Position numbers and translations under genes: made by a program. Shown piece by piece: positions 39,152 through 49,512 of a stretch of DNA of 64,000 nucleotides; position 1 is the first letter of the stretch; every line of letters starts with the position of its first letter. The notes beneath the pieces are model-generated. The model had not been told where the DNA came from. It searched no databases and was given only the letters and a program-made list of their open reading frames with translations. Where the stretch lies: IMG/VR virus record IMGVR_UViG_3300027983_002389; one strand, 5' to 3'. Source of the stretch: a virus (lineage: Duplodnaviria > Caudoviricetes).

Positions 39152-39630
39152 GAAAGTTCCAAGTTCGAGATTTGGTGATCACCACGGATGTATTTGGCGC
39201 ACGCACCTTCGTTTTGGTTTCCATCACCGAAACCGGCTATCGTGCTGTTGCCATGAAAGACAAAAAAAGGTATAACCTAACCGACGAGCAAATCGCTTGT
39301 AGGGTTGGGGTTATATCAGAAGATAGTCCTTTGCTTGTTGATGAATATGATGCCGAAAAAGGGAAAGATCACTGTCTCCAGCAGGCTCGTGAGTTTCCAG
39401 CCGAGGCAGCAAAATGGCGGGCCTTGGCGAACCTCAAACCCGACAACACGCTCCGTCTTGTTCATCGACGCAAAATTTTTCAAGACGCCGTGTTCATCGC
39501 AGTAAATTGCAAAAAGCCTCTGTATCCGATTCGAGCCAAGATCAAAGGTCTTGCTCACGACTTTAGGCTTGACGCCATGATCCTTGAAGATTGGTTTACA
39601 ACCAATCAGAATCAGGGTATAATCGACTGA
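39133..39630 (+). CDS. hypothetical protein
   Basis: 165 aa. Confidence 0.7.
   Translation: MVAMSIRKFQVRDLVITTDVFGARTFVLVSITETGYRAVAMKDKKRYNLTDEQIACRVGVISEDSPLLVDEYDAEKGKDHCLQQAREFPAEAAKWRALANLKPDNTLRLVHRRKIFQDAVFIAVNCKKPLYPIRAKIKGLAHDFRLDAMILEDWFTTNQNQGIID
39595..39623 (+). promoter_or_regulatory. sigma70-type promoter (class A)
   Basis: TTTACA-N17-TATAAT. Confidence 0.8.
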
Positions 39631-39650
39631 CAAAAGGAAAGGGATCACCC

Positions 39651-40022
39651 ATGATTGAATTTGAGGACGGCTCAACGCTCGCCACCGAAGACTGGTTTCG
39701 TATCATGTCCGTCATTAAGCAACGGGCAAAAGAAGGCAAGGTAAAACCCGAAGCGATCAAACAAGGTGGCGTTACCGTGAAGGTTAAGGGTTACGATCCT
39801 GTTGCAACTGGCGGCAAGGTTGTGGGTCCAGCGTATGCCAACTACATTGAAGCGACACACAACGGATGGAAACTCCGAGTGTGGCGAAAAGAGGAAGAGG
39901 GCGTATACGGCTGCAATTACTACCAGGGCGAAGACGTTCGCTACTTGGAAGTGCCATTTGGTGACGTTAGAGACGAGAACGGCGTATTCAAATATGCCTC
40001 CTCAATTATCGACGATATGTGA
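39651..40022 (+). CDS. hypothetical protein
   Basis: ATG after promoter. Confidence 0.7.
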   Translation: MIEFEDGSTLATEDWFRIMSVIKQRAKEGKVKPEAIKQGGVTVKVKGYDPVATGGKVVGPAYANYIEATHNGWKLRVWRKEEEGVYGCNYYQGEDVRYLEVPFGDVRDENGVFKYASSIIDDM

Positions 40023-40084
40023 TATGAGCAAAAAATTCGATATGACAATCCGAGGTTGACAATTCGGGACTGAGGCTGGTAGCA

Positions 40085-40441
40085 ATGTCTAAGGTAGCAA
40101 TGTCTAAGGTATATCACGACAAGCGATTTCCAGTTATTGAATCGCAGGAACGTAATTTCCCTGATGATTTCATGGAAATTGCTGAGTGTGACACCGAAGA
40201 CCTTGGTGAGATATTTCAACTTACCAATCATAATGACAAAGCATGGTGGTTGAACGAGGGCGTGCGAAAAGTCGGTGACGCTCAATTTCGATCTACTTCG
40301 GTTGGTGATGTTGTGGTGCTGTCTGAAGGCACTGCGTATGTTTGTCGCACGTTGGGCTGGTCTGTTATTGGCAAAGTCAATGATGGTCCATTGCCGCTTG
40401 TATTCACAACCGGGATGGGAATATTCGATGAAGGACAATAA
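40085..40441 (+). CDS. hypothetical protein (RSTSVGDVVV motif, YodL-like)
   Basis: IFQLTNH...RSTSVGDVV...Y.C...GW. Confidence 0.6.
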   Translation: MSKVAMSKVYHDKRFPVIESQERNFPDDFMEIAECDTEDLGEIFQLTNHNDKAWWLNEGVRKVGDAQFRSTSVGDVVVLSEGTAYVCRTLGWSVIGKVNDGPLPLVFTTGMGIFDEGQ

Positions 40442-40886
40442 TCACAATCACTCTAAGCCATTGCCTAAATGGACCGAGAAGTTGTTCTTCTTGATTCGCA
40501 AGCATTGGCAGTACCATGCTCCCTGTGTGCATATCAACATTCAGACGTTTTTCGACCACGAGAATAAGGTGTGGCAGGTCAAGGCTGCTCCTGTCTATCA
40601 AGAGGTCTATGGCGGCGACGATGATGGCAAGAAGGTATGGGCCGGATTCGTTTTTGACATTGGTGACTTCAGCCGAGAAACTGGTGTGTGGGTAGAAGAA
40701 TTCGCAATTTCTTCGTATTGTCAGGAATGCACAGAACATCCGAAATTGATGGCACGAGGAAAGTTTCAGGGACATCAGTTCTTCTTGCATATTTTCCTGG
40801 AACCAGTTGCCGAGACTGAGCCTGTTGAAGTGATTGATACTATTCAACAGCAGATTCGGGATATGCCTGAAACGGATGGAGAATGA
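40428..40886 (+). CDS. hypothetical protein
   Basis: EVYGGDDDG motif. Confidence 0.7.
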   Translation: MKDNNHNHSKPLPKWTEKLFFLIRKHWQYHAPCVHINIQTFFDHENKVWQVKAAPVYQEVYGGDDDGKKVWAGFVFDIGDFSRETGVWVEEFAISSYCQECTEHPKLMARGKFQGHQFFLHIFLEPVAETEPVEVIDTIQQQIRDMPETDGE

Positions 40887-41091
40887 ATGATGACAGTACA
40901 AAATAACGACAATAAATCAATCGACCAACAATTGCATGATGCGTGCTTGATGACGTTCGGCGGGGTTGGTGCGTGTTCGCCGGAAATTTATCAGGCTGCA
41001 CTTGAGCGAATTGCTTTTGAAACCGGGCGTGTTTTTGACGATCAATTTCGTGAAGATGTGCGAAATATCTTGAAAGACATTCCTTGTCCAC

Positions 41092-41472
41092 TTGATTGAG
41101 CAAACAATGCAAGAATCTGATTTAGCAGAAATGTTCGACGAAATGACGACCGATGAATCGGAAGCGTTGTTGCGTGATCGCCTTTGGACGCCAAAGCCTG
41201 ATTATGTTAAACATTTCTCGCAAACCCTATACACCGACGCCGAATTGGTAGATGCCTTCATCGCCACTACGGATAGGTGGTACATAGACAACGCCAATGC
41301 TTTGTGTGGTTGGCAAGATGAGATTCGTATTGAATTGATTCGTTGTCTCAAAGAAAACTATGAAGCCAATTCGGTTCACCAGTTGATTTATGCTGAAATG
41401 AAATTCAGCAAAGAATGGACAGGACCAGAAGGCATGTTCCTAGAATACCACCCTGAAAGGATAGCAAGCTGA
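41092..41472 (+). CDS. hypothetical protein
   Basis: 126 aa. Confidence 0.7.
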   Translation: MIEQTMQESDLAEMFDEMTTDESEALLRDRLWTPKPDYVKHFSQTLYTDAELVDAFIATTDRWYIDNANALCGWQDEIRIELIRCLKENYEANSVHQLIYAEMKFSKEWTGPEGMFLEYHPERIAS

Positions 41473-41951
41473 TGTTGTTGTACGCAAGATTGAAAGAGCG
41501 ATTGACGCAGGCAATGAAAGCCAGCGACACCAATGCCAAGAATGCCGTGCGAGCATTATTGTCGAGGCTACAAACTTCTGGTCAAGAAACCGACGAGGCT
41601 GTTATCTCTTCCGTCAAGATGCTCATCAAGCAAAACGAGGAAGAGATCGAGACTCGAAATGGTCGAGTGGCGATGCCAGACGGCAGCATCAAAGAAGTCG
41701 CCGTCTCTGGTCAGGAGAATGAGATTGCTCGTATCATTGCCCAAACTTTGGTCTTCAAGGAGTTTCTGCCGGACTTCCTGAGCGTCGAAAGGATCAAAGA
41801 AATTCTGACAATGCCTTTGCATCAGACGCAGATCAATGCAGCTAAGAATTCTGGTGCTGCAACTGGTGTAGCTATGAAGATTTTGAAGCCGCATGGCGCT
41901 GTTGAAGGCGGCACGGTCAAAGATGTTGTTACTGCCATCTACGGACAATAA
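41472..41951 (+). CDS. GatB/YqeY domain protein
   Basis: L..RL..AMKA.D.....VR.L, FLPDFLS.E.I, G.AMK.LK...V.G..V. Confidence 0.8.
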   Translation: MLLYARLKERLTQAMKASDTNAKNAVRALLSRLQTSGQETDEAVISSVKMLIKQNEEEIETRNGRVAMPDGSIKEVAVSGQENEIARIIAQTLVFKEFLPDFLSVERIKEILTMPLHQTQINAAKNSGAATGVAMKILKPHGAVEGGTVKDVVTAIYGQ

Positions 41952-42043
41952 CATGAAATATCTTCCCGCTGTTGCAACGATTAAGAAATGTGCCTTCCAT
42001 TAAGAAATGTGCCTTCCATTGGCACATCCCATGAGCGATACCC

Positions 42044-42331
42044 ATGAGCGATACCCCTGAAAACGTCAAAGAAGTAGCCCTGTATGCTTGGGTTGGTGAG
42101 GATGAATTGGGTTCTGGCGTTGTCGGACTCAAACAGGCTTGGACACGGGCGGGAGCCGTACCATTGGTTGCTGTGGACCACGCCAAAATGCTGAACGAAG
42201 TTATTCAGCAACAGTTGTAAGCACAAACGAACCAGTATGGTAAAACCATACGTCTTTGCAAATTCACATTTGTTGAAGAAATCCTTGCACTCGAACCTGA
42301 GAGTGTTGCACCCGAACCGGAGAAGAATTGA
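42044..42331 (+). pseudogene. small protein with single in-frame TAA at 42218
   Basis: MSDTPENVKEVALYAWVGEDELGSGVVGLKQ...IQQQL*AQTNQYGKTIRLCKF... Confidence 0.7.
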
Positions 42332-43017
42332 TGTTTGGAGCATTAGGCAGCATACGGAAGGAAAATGTCCCACACGGAACCAAAGTGGATACATTGCGCA
42401 CTCCGGGCATTGCCGAGCGTAGCAACGACGCTTTTGTTCTTCAGGGAAAAGATACCAGCAAGCTACATTTGATTGTTGATATGTCCCGCATTGGCGCTGG
42501 ACTATTCAACGTCAAGATGGAATACACCTACTTCGCTCCGAGGTCGGGTAAAAACTACTTATTTGAATTGGTGTTGATGAAGTGGCCTGATGTACAAACT
42601 TTCTTGTGGGCTATCGCTTCATTCCCCATAGAATATCGACCTCAAGCTGAGGCTTTCGCAAAAGAGTGTGGGCTTCGTTTGGCAGATGGCGTTCCCACCA
42701 TCTTTGATGGCAGTGGCGCACATCAGTTTCCATTGGAAGGCCCTACGGTCTATACTATGGAGAACATTAGTGGGCATCAAGTGTATGGAAACAGTGGTGA
42801 GAAGTTGAAGTTGAAGTTGAAGAAGGAAGAACATGCCGCAATTGATGCCATCATTGGTGCCGACCGAGCCAAACTTCATGCTGAAATGAGGGGGCAAGGT
42901 TATACTGATGAGCAGATCAAGCGAATCCTGAGTCATTGGGAGTCAGGAAATGAAGCATATGAGGAGGCTCCCGCCGCAGCCGGGGATGGGCAGCATCGTC
43001 ACAAGAGTCTGAAATAA
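42328..43017 (+). CDS. hypothetical protein
   Basis: 229 aa. Confidence 0.75.
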   Translation: MMFGALGSIRKENVPHGTKVDTLRTPGIAERSNDAFVLQGKDTSKLHLIVDMSRIGAGLFNVKMEYTYFAPRSGKNYLFELVLMKWPDVQTFLWAIASFPIEYRPQAEAFAKECGLRLADGVPTIFDGSGAHQFPLEGPTVYTMENISGHQVYGNSGEKLKLKLKKEEHAAIDAIIGADRAKLHAEMRGQGYTDEQIKRILSHWESGNEAYEEAPAAAGDGQHRHKSLK

Positions 43018-43449
43018 GGAACACAGCTATGTCCGTCGAGAAGTTTGCCAAAGCCTTTGGTGTTTATCATTGGGACACGTTCGATAATGAAACGATCCTG
43101 ATTGGTGAATCCGATACGCTCGACGAGGCACGTCAATTCGTCCAAGAGAAATACAAGGGGCGACTCGGCTCTGATGGAGCAGATCGAGTCGATATTGTGG
43201 ATCAACAGGGCGATATTGTGGATCACTTCTCAACACGCTGAAGGCGGTGTTACATGGTTGACGTTCGGGGATATTTTGCATCCAAAGAAAGAGCAACTAA
43301 GTTGCCGCAAGTTCAAGTGAACAAAGACGAATTTGTTCGCCGTCTTATAGAACGAGGCGAGGTTCCAGAGAAGGCTGAACAAATTGCTATGGTTGCCGAG
43401 ACGTTAGGGAGCCATATCGAAATCAACAACGAAATGGTTGGAATCATCA

Positions 43450-43887
43450 ATGTCTGAAAAGACTGAGTTTGAAAAAATTGGCGTTCATACTATTCGCCCA
43501 TTCAAGTCGAATGGGCGATGGGTGTTTAAGCACAACAATCAAACATACGATATGGCACCAGCCGGGATTATGGATTCCGTATTGAGTCCATTGGTCATTG
43601 GTGCCGACCGACTTATCGCCCTGGGTTGTCAGATGAAAGGCATCCCAAATCCTGAAGCTGGTTTTAACTTGCTGTTTTCGGAAGAATATTTTCCAAATGC
43701 AGATGTTAAATTCAACTTCGTGGAAGTCAAGCACAGTGGTTGGATTTATGCTGTCGAGGAATTGAACCTCAAGGGCTTGATGCCCGGCCAATCGGCTTGG
43801 ATTTGTCCATACATGACGTTCTATTACTCTCAGCCGCCCAAGATTTTGTACTTGAAAGTGGAGTCCTGTGATGGAATTCCTGAGTGA
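43450..43887 (+). CDS. conserved hypothetical protein
   Basis: I.PFK.NG.WVF, V.GAD..I, W.CP....Y..PPK.LY. Confidence 0.75.
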   Translation: MSEKTEFEKIGVHTIRPFKSNGRWVFKHNNQTYDMAPAGIMDSVLSPLVIGADRLIALGCQMKGIPNPEAGFNLLFSEEYFPNADVKFNFVEVKHSGWIYAVEELNLKGLMPGQSAWICPYMTFYYSQPPKILYLKVESCDGIPE

Positions 43888-44190
43888 TGGTCAGCATCGG
43901 CATGGTGGCGAAAAGATGAATTGTTTCTTCTGCACCACGCAGAAGAACAACTGTCAGTTGTTTCGATTGGGAGAAAATCCTTCTCATCCTCCCGAGTATG
44001 CAGCACTATATAACCACAGATTTGTCATCTGTCCTGAATGTCATGCAAGAGGATCGGAATTTCTTGCACAGCATTTATTGCACTGGATAAAGGTACAAGA
44101 ATTCTTGACCGATCACGGTGTTGGACTCCCGGAAATTGAACGACATAAGAAAACCGGGAAGCTGCCTATGTTCAACAAGAGGAAAAAAAG

Positions 44191-44703
44191 ATGAAGTGTT
44201 TCGTTCACGTTGGGTTCGATCCTAAGCCTCACGAGGCTGACGACCCCGCTGAAGCAATAAGTTTAGCTGAAAGATATTTGCTTGCAGAAAGCAGGCGAGA
44301 GCCTGAAGAGGAACATCTACCTGTCAAATGGAGACGGGATGATTTATATCCAGATAACTTCCTGGATTACACGAAAGACGAATTGGTTTCTCATTTGAGT
44401 CAGAAGGGTGAGGTAGTGTTGCAACTCGCCGAGTTTGACTTGGACGGCTTGCCAATTATGGGCGAAATCGTTAACATCTTTACTGCTTCTGAAGAAGAAA
44501 AGAACACTCAAGAAGCAGAAGAGGCGTTGGACGTAGTTTCTCCTGAAGGATCAATCAGATTCAAAAAAGCTGTGGCTTTTGGCCTTGCTCGACCAAAAAA
44601 TACGCCGACTCTTTTGCCTGGCAGGAAAATAAAAAGGAACCCTGCGAAAAAGCGAACCATGAAGCCTGACGGAACTGACGGAAAAAAATCAAGCGACGAC
44701 TAG
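44191..44703 (+). CDS. hypothetical protein
   Basis: 170 aa. Confidence 0.7.
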   Translation: MKCFVHVGFDPKPHEADDPAEAISLAERYLLAESRREPEEEHLPVKWRRDDLYPDNFLDYTKDELVSHLSQKGEVVLQLAEFDLDGLPIMGEIVNIFTASEEEKNTQEAEEALDVVSPEGSIRFKKAVAFGLARPKNTPTLLPGRKIKRNPAKKRTMKPDGTDGKKSSDD

Positions 44704-44783
44704 GTGAGTAATGACTCAAGTGCTGCCTCTTGTCGCTAGACTTGAGGGAAAGCACAGTAATCCATCCACACAAGGAAAACGTC

Positions 44784-45260
44784 ATGGCTAGTGAAGACTA
44801 TGAAATCTTCAAAGTCTTGAAGCAAGAACGAATTCGAGAAGGTGCTGACAGACGAGCATCAAATACTGATGACTTTGGTGCTGCCAGTCAATTGGCTGTC
44901 CAAGCTGGAATGACCCTCGTGCGACACTCAGAGGTTCATTATCAATTGCGAGGCCAAACTGGTTGGATGCTCAATATTTATCCAGGCAATCAAAGGCTAT
45001 ATCACGACCGCAACCGGCCCAAGCCGCCATTCTTGAAGGTCAAGCCTGACTGGATGCTCACTGATGTTGTTCATGCCGCTATTGCAGCATCGAATAATAC
45101 AGATTCTTTTGCCGAAGAAATCGAAAAGAAAGTTGTGACCGACGAACAAATCCAAGTTCGTGCGTATTATTTGTGGCAAGCTGTTGGTTGTCCTTGCGGT
45201 GACGGCAGTGAATTCTGGTTTCAAGCACAGAAAGATATGCGAGGCCAATTATGGACATAA
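44784..45260 (+). CDS. protein with C-terminal DUF2934-like domain
   Basis: EQIQVRAYYLWQ..G.P.G...EFW.QA. Confidence 0.7.
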   Translation: MASEDYEIFKVLKQERIREGADRRASNTDDFGAASQLAVQAGMTLVRHSEVHYQLRGQTGWMLNIYPGNQRLYHDRNRPKPPFLKVKPDWMLTDVVHAAIAASNNTDSFAEEIEKKVVTDEQIQVRAYYLWQAVGCPCGDGSEFWFQAQKDMRGQLWT

Positions 45261-45769
45261 TGTGTTTATCTTTGGACACGGATATGTCTGATGATGAAAT
45301 CAAAGAATCCATACAGAATATGATCCCAATATGCACCATAAAATCGCAAGGTTTCTGTTTGAGCATCAATGGATACGATGAAGATCATCGTGAGTTGTGG
45401 CAAATTCCAGAAGCTCTTGGATTCATGAGGCGGCTCTGTGATTTTGGTTTCTTGTCCGTACTCGAAACTTCGACTACTTGCCCTGATTTAATCAACAAGC
45501 AATACAAAGTGGACAATTTGCCCGGCTTTGGCGCACTTGAAGTTTGGATGTGTGCCACAAATAGATTGGAAAAAGGCAAAAACGATATTGATCGAGAGAC
45601 GATGAATAAATTTCATGAAGCCCTTGGCGTTTCCAATCGACGAGCCGAGGAAATAATGAAAGAACCACCGTATCAAACCGGGATACAAAAATTTGCAAGC
45701 CGAACGCAAGTACCAGACGCCCCAATTAAACACCACGGCTACAATAAGGATCGTGGGAAACCCAGGTGA
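45251..45769 (+). CDS. hypothetical protein
   Basis: GYDED.RELWQIPE motif. Confidence 0.7.
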   Translation: MDIMCLSLDTDMSDDEIKESIQNMIPICTIKSQGFCLSINGYDEDHRELWQIPEALGFMRRLCDFGFLSVLETSTTCPDLINKQYKVDNLPGFGALEVWMCATNRLEKGKNDIDRETMNKFHEALGVSNRRAEEIMKEPPYQTGIQKFASRTQVPDAPIKHHGYNKDRGKPR

Positions 45770-46457
45770 TATATGCAATACCGGACAAGGAATCGACAAG
45801 ATTGTCATGGTAATGGTGGATCAAAATGGAAATTCAACACCCCAGAAAAACTGCTGTCCGAGTCGAAAGCAATTAGCATCACAGGCTGTTTATCCCCATT
45901 CAGGGATGGACAGCCATGTTGCATTCAGATGCCCGGCAACCCACATTTTTGGGTTGCAGTTTTTACGACAAAAGATAAACTAGAAGAATCGTGTGCCGAC
46001 CTTGGCATCACTGATTACACCATCAAACAAGTGACAGATGGAAGAGATTTCATTGAGTCGATTGTTGAAGGCGGCGTAAGGATCATGCTTGATCCTTACG
46101 CCGTTAGGAGCGAAAATAAAACTCGTTGGACGGAAATCATACTGGAGCGACCATGAACGAAGCATTCAATTACACCGTGGTCATTCGTGGCCTTGACGGA
46201 ATCCCTCTCAGGACTACTGCCAAGGGAGCAAAGGCCCTGATGCAATCTTTCCATGAAGAACCCAACATGGAACAACTGCTGCTTGAGGCAGTAGACAGTG
46301 GTACGCCATTCAAGAATAAACTTGTTAGCGTTACCGCTCTATTTCCACGTCCAAAAATCAAACAAGCCGTTGTTGTGATGGCTATGGCTGCGTCAGCGTC
46401 AGCGTCAGTCGCTCCTAAGAAGGCTGTTCCTAAAACCACCAAAAAGAGGAGTTAAAT

Positions 46458-46745
46458 ATGGCAAAAATTACTGTGACATTTGAAGACATTGAAGAAGGCG
46501 TAGCTGTAAAGGTTGAATCAGAACCAGCTTTTCCTGGTCCTGCGGCCAGTCAGGAGGAACAAGATGCCCTCACTGATGCCCAACAAATGGGCTTGCGTAT
46601 GACTAAAATGCTGACTGAAGTAGTGGCGTCCCAACAAGGACTTGAACACGATCACGATCATGACCACGATGAACATTGTCCCCACCATCATCATGCCAGC
46701 GAGGTTCCGAGCGACGGGACGCCTGCGGTACAGTCCAACGAATAA
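46458..46745 (+). CDS. small protein with His/Asp-rich tail
   Basis: HDHDHDHDEHCPHHHH. Confidence 0.7.
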   Translation: MAKITVTFEDIEEGVAVKVESEPAFPGPAASQEEQDALTDAQQMGLRMTKMLTEVVASQQGLEHDHDHDHDEHCPHHHHASEVPSDGTPAVQSNE

Positions 46746-47121
46746 TGGCAAAATTATTCGTCGTGATGGCGGCACCACTAAATGGTGGTTGGTAATTGAT
46801 TGTGATCCCAATATTGGTAGGTATTATCGTGAACTATATCGACTGGATAATTACAGCGTGCGGACTATTCAACGTCCCACCTGGGATGCTCATATTTCGG
46901 TAATTGCAAACGAAATACCGCCCGATCAAACGAATTGGCGAAAATACGAGGGGCGGCGAATTGAATACGAATATATTCATCAGTCGCAAAGCAATGGAAC
47001 ATACGTTTGGTTGCCTGTTTGGTGCAATGAAGCCCTCGATATGAGGGAAGAATTGGGATTAGCCAGAAACCCGTATCATCCCTTACACTTGACCGTGGGG
47101 AACTGCAAAGAGACGACTTGA
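46693..47121 (+). CDS. 2H phosphoesterase family protein
   Basis: two Hx(S/T)x motifs: AHISV and LHLTVG. Confidence 0.75.
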   Translation: MPARFRATGRLRYSPTNNGKIIRRDGGTTKWWLVIDCDPNIGRYYRELYRLDNYSVRTIQRPTWDAHISVIANEIPPDQTNWRKYEGRRIEYEYIHQSQSNGTYVWLPVWCNEALDMREELGLARNPYHPLHLTVGNCKETT

Positions 47122-47173
47122 AAAAGGAAGGGGGCAAGCCTTAGCTCTGTGGTTCGTAAATCTGCGAATCGGC

Positions 47174-47203
47174 TTTACAAGAAGACCAAAACCAAGGTAT
47201 AAT
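47174..47203 (+). promoter_or_regulatory. sigma70-type promoter (class A)
   Basis: TTTACA-N18-TATAAT. Confidence 0.65.
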
Positions 47204-47297
47204 CCCAGGTCGAGTTGCTGCAAGGCGATGTTCCAGTTGCCCCCAAAGATCAACTTCGTCAAAGCCGCCCCAAAAGCCTAAAAGAAGGGTAAGAAAA

Positions 47298-47741
47298 ATG
47301 GAACCAAAATTTGATCGTGTCGGAATTCGTGATTTCAAAGTAACCAATATTGAGTCACATAAAATTACCGATCTGAACAAGACATTTTGCCCCTCTTGTA
47401 GTGCTGGTCCGATGGATGGCGTTTCCGGGGCGAATGTTGAGGATGTAAATCCTTACGCTCCTGATGCTCCTACGAAACATTCCGCTGAATCTCGTCGAGT
47501 TTTCCCCCAAGATGGGTCGCCGACCATATGTGTCTATTGTGCTGAACTCTTGGTCTTCAAAAAAGTGGATAAGTTATTCACTTTAGCATACCCGACAGAA
47601 TCACAATTGACATTGTTCAAATCAGATGCCCAGGCTTGGCGATTGATTTCTAAAATTCAAGAGGGTCTGAAATCAGACGCTCAGGAAGGGAGACTAAGAG
47701 GAGACAAAAGATATGCAAAATCAAAGCCCAAACGATTCTGA
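47298..47741 (+). CDS. Zn-finger hypothetical protein
   Basis: CPSC...CVYC. Confidence 0.7.
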   Translation: MEPKFDRVGIRDFKVTNIESHKITDLNKTFCPSCSAGPMDGVSGANVEDVNPYAPDAPTKHSAESRRVFPQDGSPTICVYCAELLVFKKVDKLFTLAYPTESQLTLFKSDAQAWRLISKIQEGLKSDAQEGRLRGDKRYAKSKPKRF

Positions 47742-48098
47742 TCCAATGCCGCTGCCAATGCCGAGGCTTTTTTCCACAAGCACGATCATCACAACTTTGT
47801 TTTTGGCAGTATTGGCAACGTGGTGTTTTTCTCGATCCAATTGGATTGGCGGAAGCATTGATGTGTTGTTGATAGTTTTGAACATCACAATGTCTCTGAT
47901 TCACTACAGAGCGATGACTAGGCTTGTGCGACGACAGCATGACTTACTTGCCATTCAGAAATTCCTCACGACACCCGTGTTTGTCGAAGATGGAAATTCT
48001 ATGATCCTTACTTTCACCACGCTTTCTGATCGGCTCATGGATGAAATGAAAAAGATTGCTGAGGAAGCCAGCCAACCAACAACAAAAGCGAATAAAAA

Positions 48099-48701
48099 GT
48101 GAACGCAGATGAATTGAACGCTCTCTATCAAGAAAGCTGTGATCTGATCCTTCCTTACATTCGACTTGAAGAGTCGAATGCGGCAAAACCACGTCCTGAC
48201 CCACGTCCTGACCCACGTCCTGACCCTACAAAGGCACTAGAATCACTTAAAAAGGGACTAGAGGGGCTTGAGACGGTCTTAGAGGGCAATGCCTCAAACT
48301 GGCCTGCTCGATGGATGCTGGGCAAAGCCAAACAAGCTCTGGGACTTCACGAAGAAGCCTATACAGCATTCCTTACGGCCCATCGCAATGTATTAACGAA
48401 TCAAAACGTCATGCGTGAATTGGCGTTGGAATGTCTCCAAACCAAACGCTTCAAGCAAGCTGTTCATTATTGTCATGTGGCAATGGAATTTGACCCTGAC
48501 GATTATTCTCTATGGCCCAATATGGCCGTTGCTCAATTGTTTAACGGCAGCATTGATGAGGCTGAGACTTGGGCCAACAGGTCGCTCGTGAAGATTCCAG
48601 GAGATGAACCTGCGTTGAATGTTTTGAAGATCGTTGCTGAAATCAGGGAAGGTAAGCGTGGCGTCCCTACTGATTTCACACTTATGGAGAACGGAGACTG
48701 A
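48099..48701 (+). CDS. TPR repeat protein
   Basis: WMLGKA...EEA, A.EFDPDD..LW.N.A.A; PRPD x3 repeat. Confidence 0.8.
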   Translation: MNADELNALYQESCDLILPYIRLEESNAAKPRPDPRPDPRPDPTKALESLKKGLEGLETVLEGNASNWPARWMLGKAKQALGLHEEAYTAFLTAHRNVLTNQNVMRELALECLQTKRFKQAVHYCHVAMEFDPDDYSLWPNMAVAQLFNGSIDEAETWANRSLVKIPGDEPALNVLKIVAEIREGKRGVPTDFTLMENGD

Positions 48702-48939
48702 AGCATAGACTTTCTTAAACGATTTGCTTGGATATTGTTCAAAGATTTGTTGCTGCCTGCGGCACTTGGCACACTTATTTGGCTGTGGATGTTATTCCTA
48801 CTGCGAAGTCCCTCTCAGTCGTTCTACTACGCTTTACGCATTGACGGGAAACTTACTCTTTCCGAATTACCAAATTGTATATTTGGTGCGCTGATTGGTT
48901 GGAATATAACTGAGGTCGTTAAAATCTGGAGAAACAGAC

Positions 48940-49389
48940 GTGAGCGAAAATTGGAAACTCCACGATCTAGTAGTGGTGAAGCAACAACCCAAGATGCAGC
49001 CTTTCGTGCAGATCGAGGGATTGATAGCAGTAATCACGGAGATTGATGGCGACTACGCCACGATCTGTGAATTGCAACTCTCAGGTAGAGCCGAAGGCGG
49101 CAGTGGAGCAGTTGAACTTGCTTGTCTGGAGAAGCCCACTAAGGTCAGTGGTCCAATGCGAGCAGCTTATGCTGTCTACAAACAAGATGTCATTAAATAT
49201 TACACCACGACAGGGGAACCCGAAGATACTGAAGAAGCAAAGAAACGACGAAGACGGGCGCTGAAAATAATTGCTGAAAAATACAGCATTGAACCCAAGT
49301 CGCTGCATAAAATACTCAAAGACCTAGATGCAGCAGAAGTGATTCAATACTATTGGAAGAGAACAAATCACGCACCAAGTTGCTCATGA
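48940..49389 (+). CDS. hypothetical protein
   Basis: 149 aa. Confidence 0.65.
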   Translation: MSENWKLHDLVVVKQQPKMQPFVQIEGLIAVITEIDGDYATICELQLSGRAEGGSGAVELACLEKPTKVSGPMRAAYAVYKQDVIKYYTTTGEPEDTEEAKKRRRRALKIIAEKYSIEPKSLHKILKDLDAAEVIQYYWKRTNHAPSCS

Positions 49390-49512
49390 TTCATGTTTTC
49401 ATAGTCTTGGCTTTGATTTGTTTTGTTTGGGTAATAGTTTTCACGATCATTTTTAACGAGCGTTCCAAACGATCTCAAAAAGAAATTGACGATTACAACT
49501 TGAAAATTAAAA

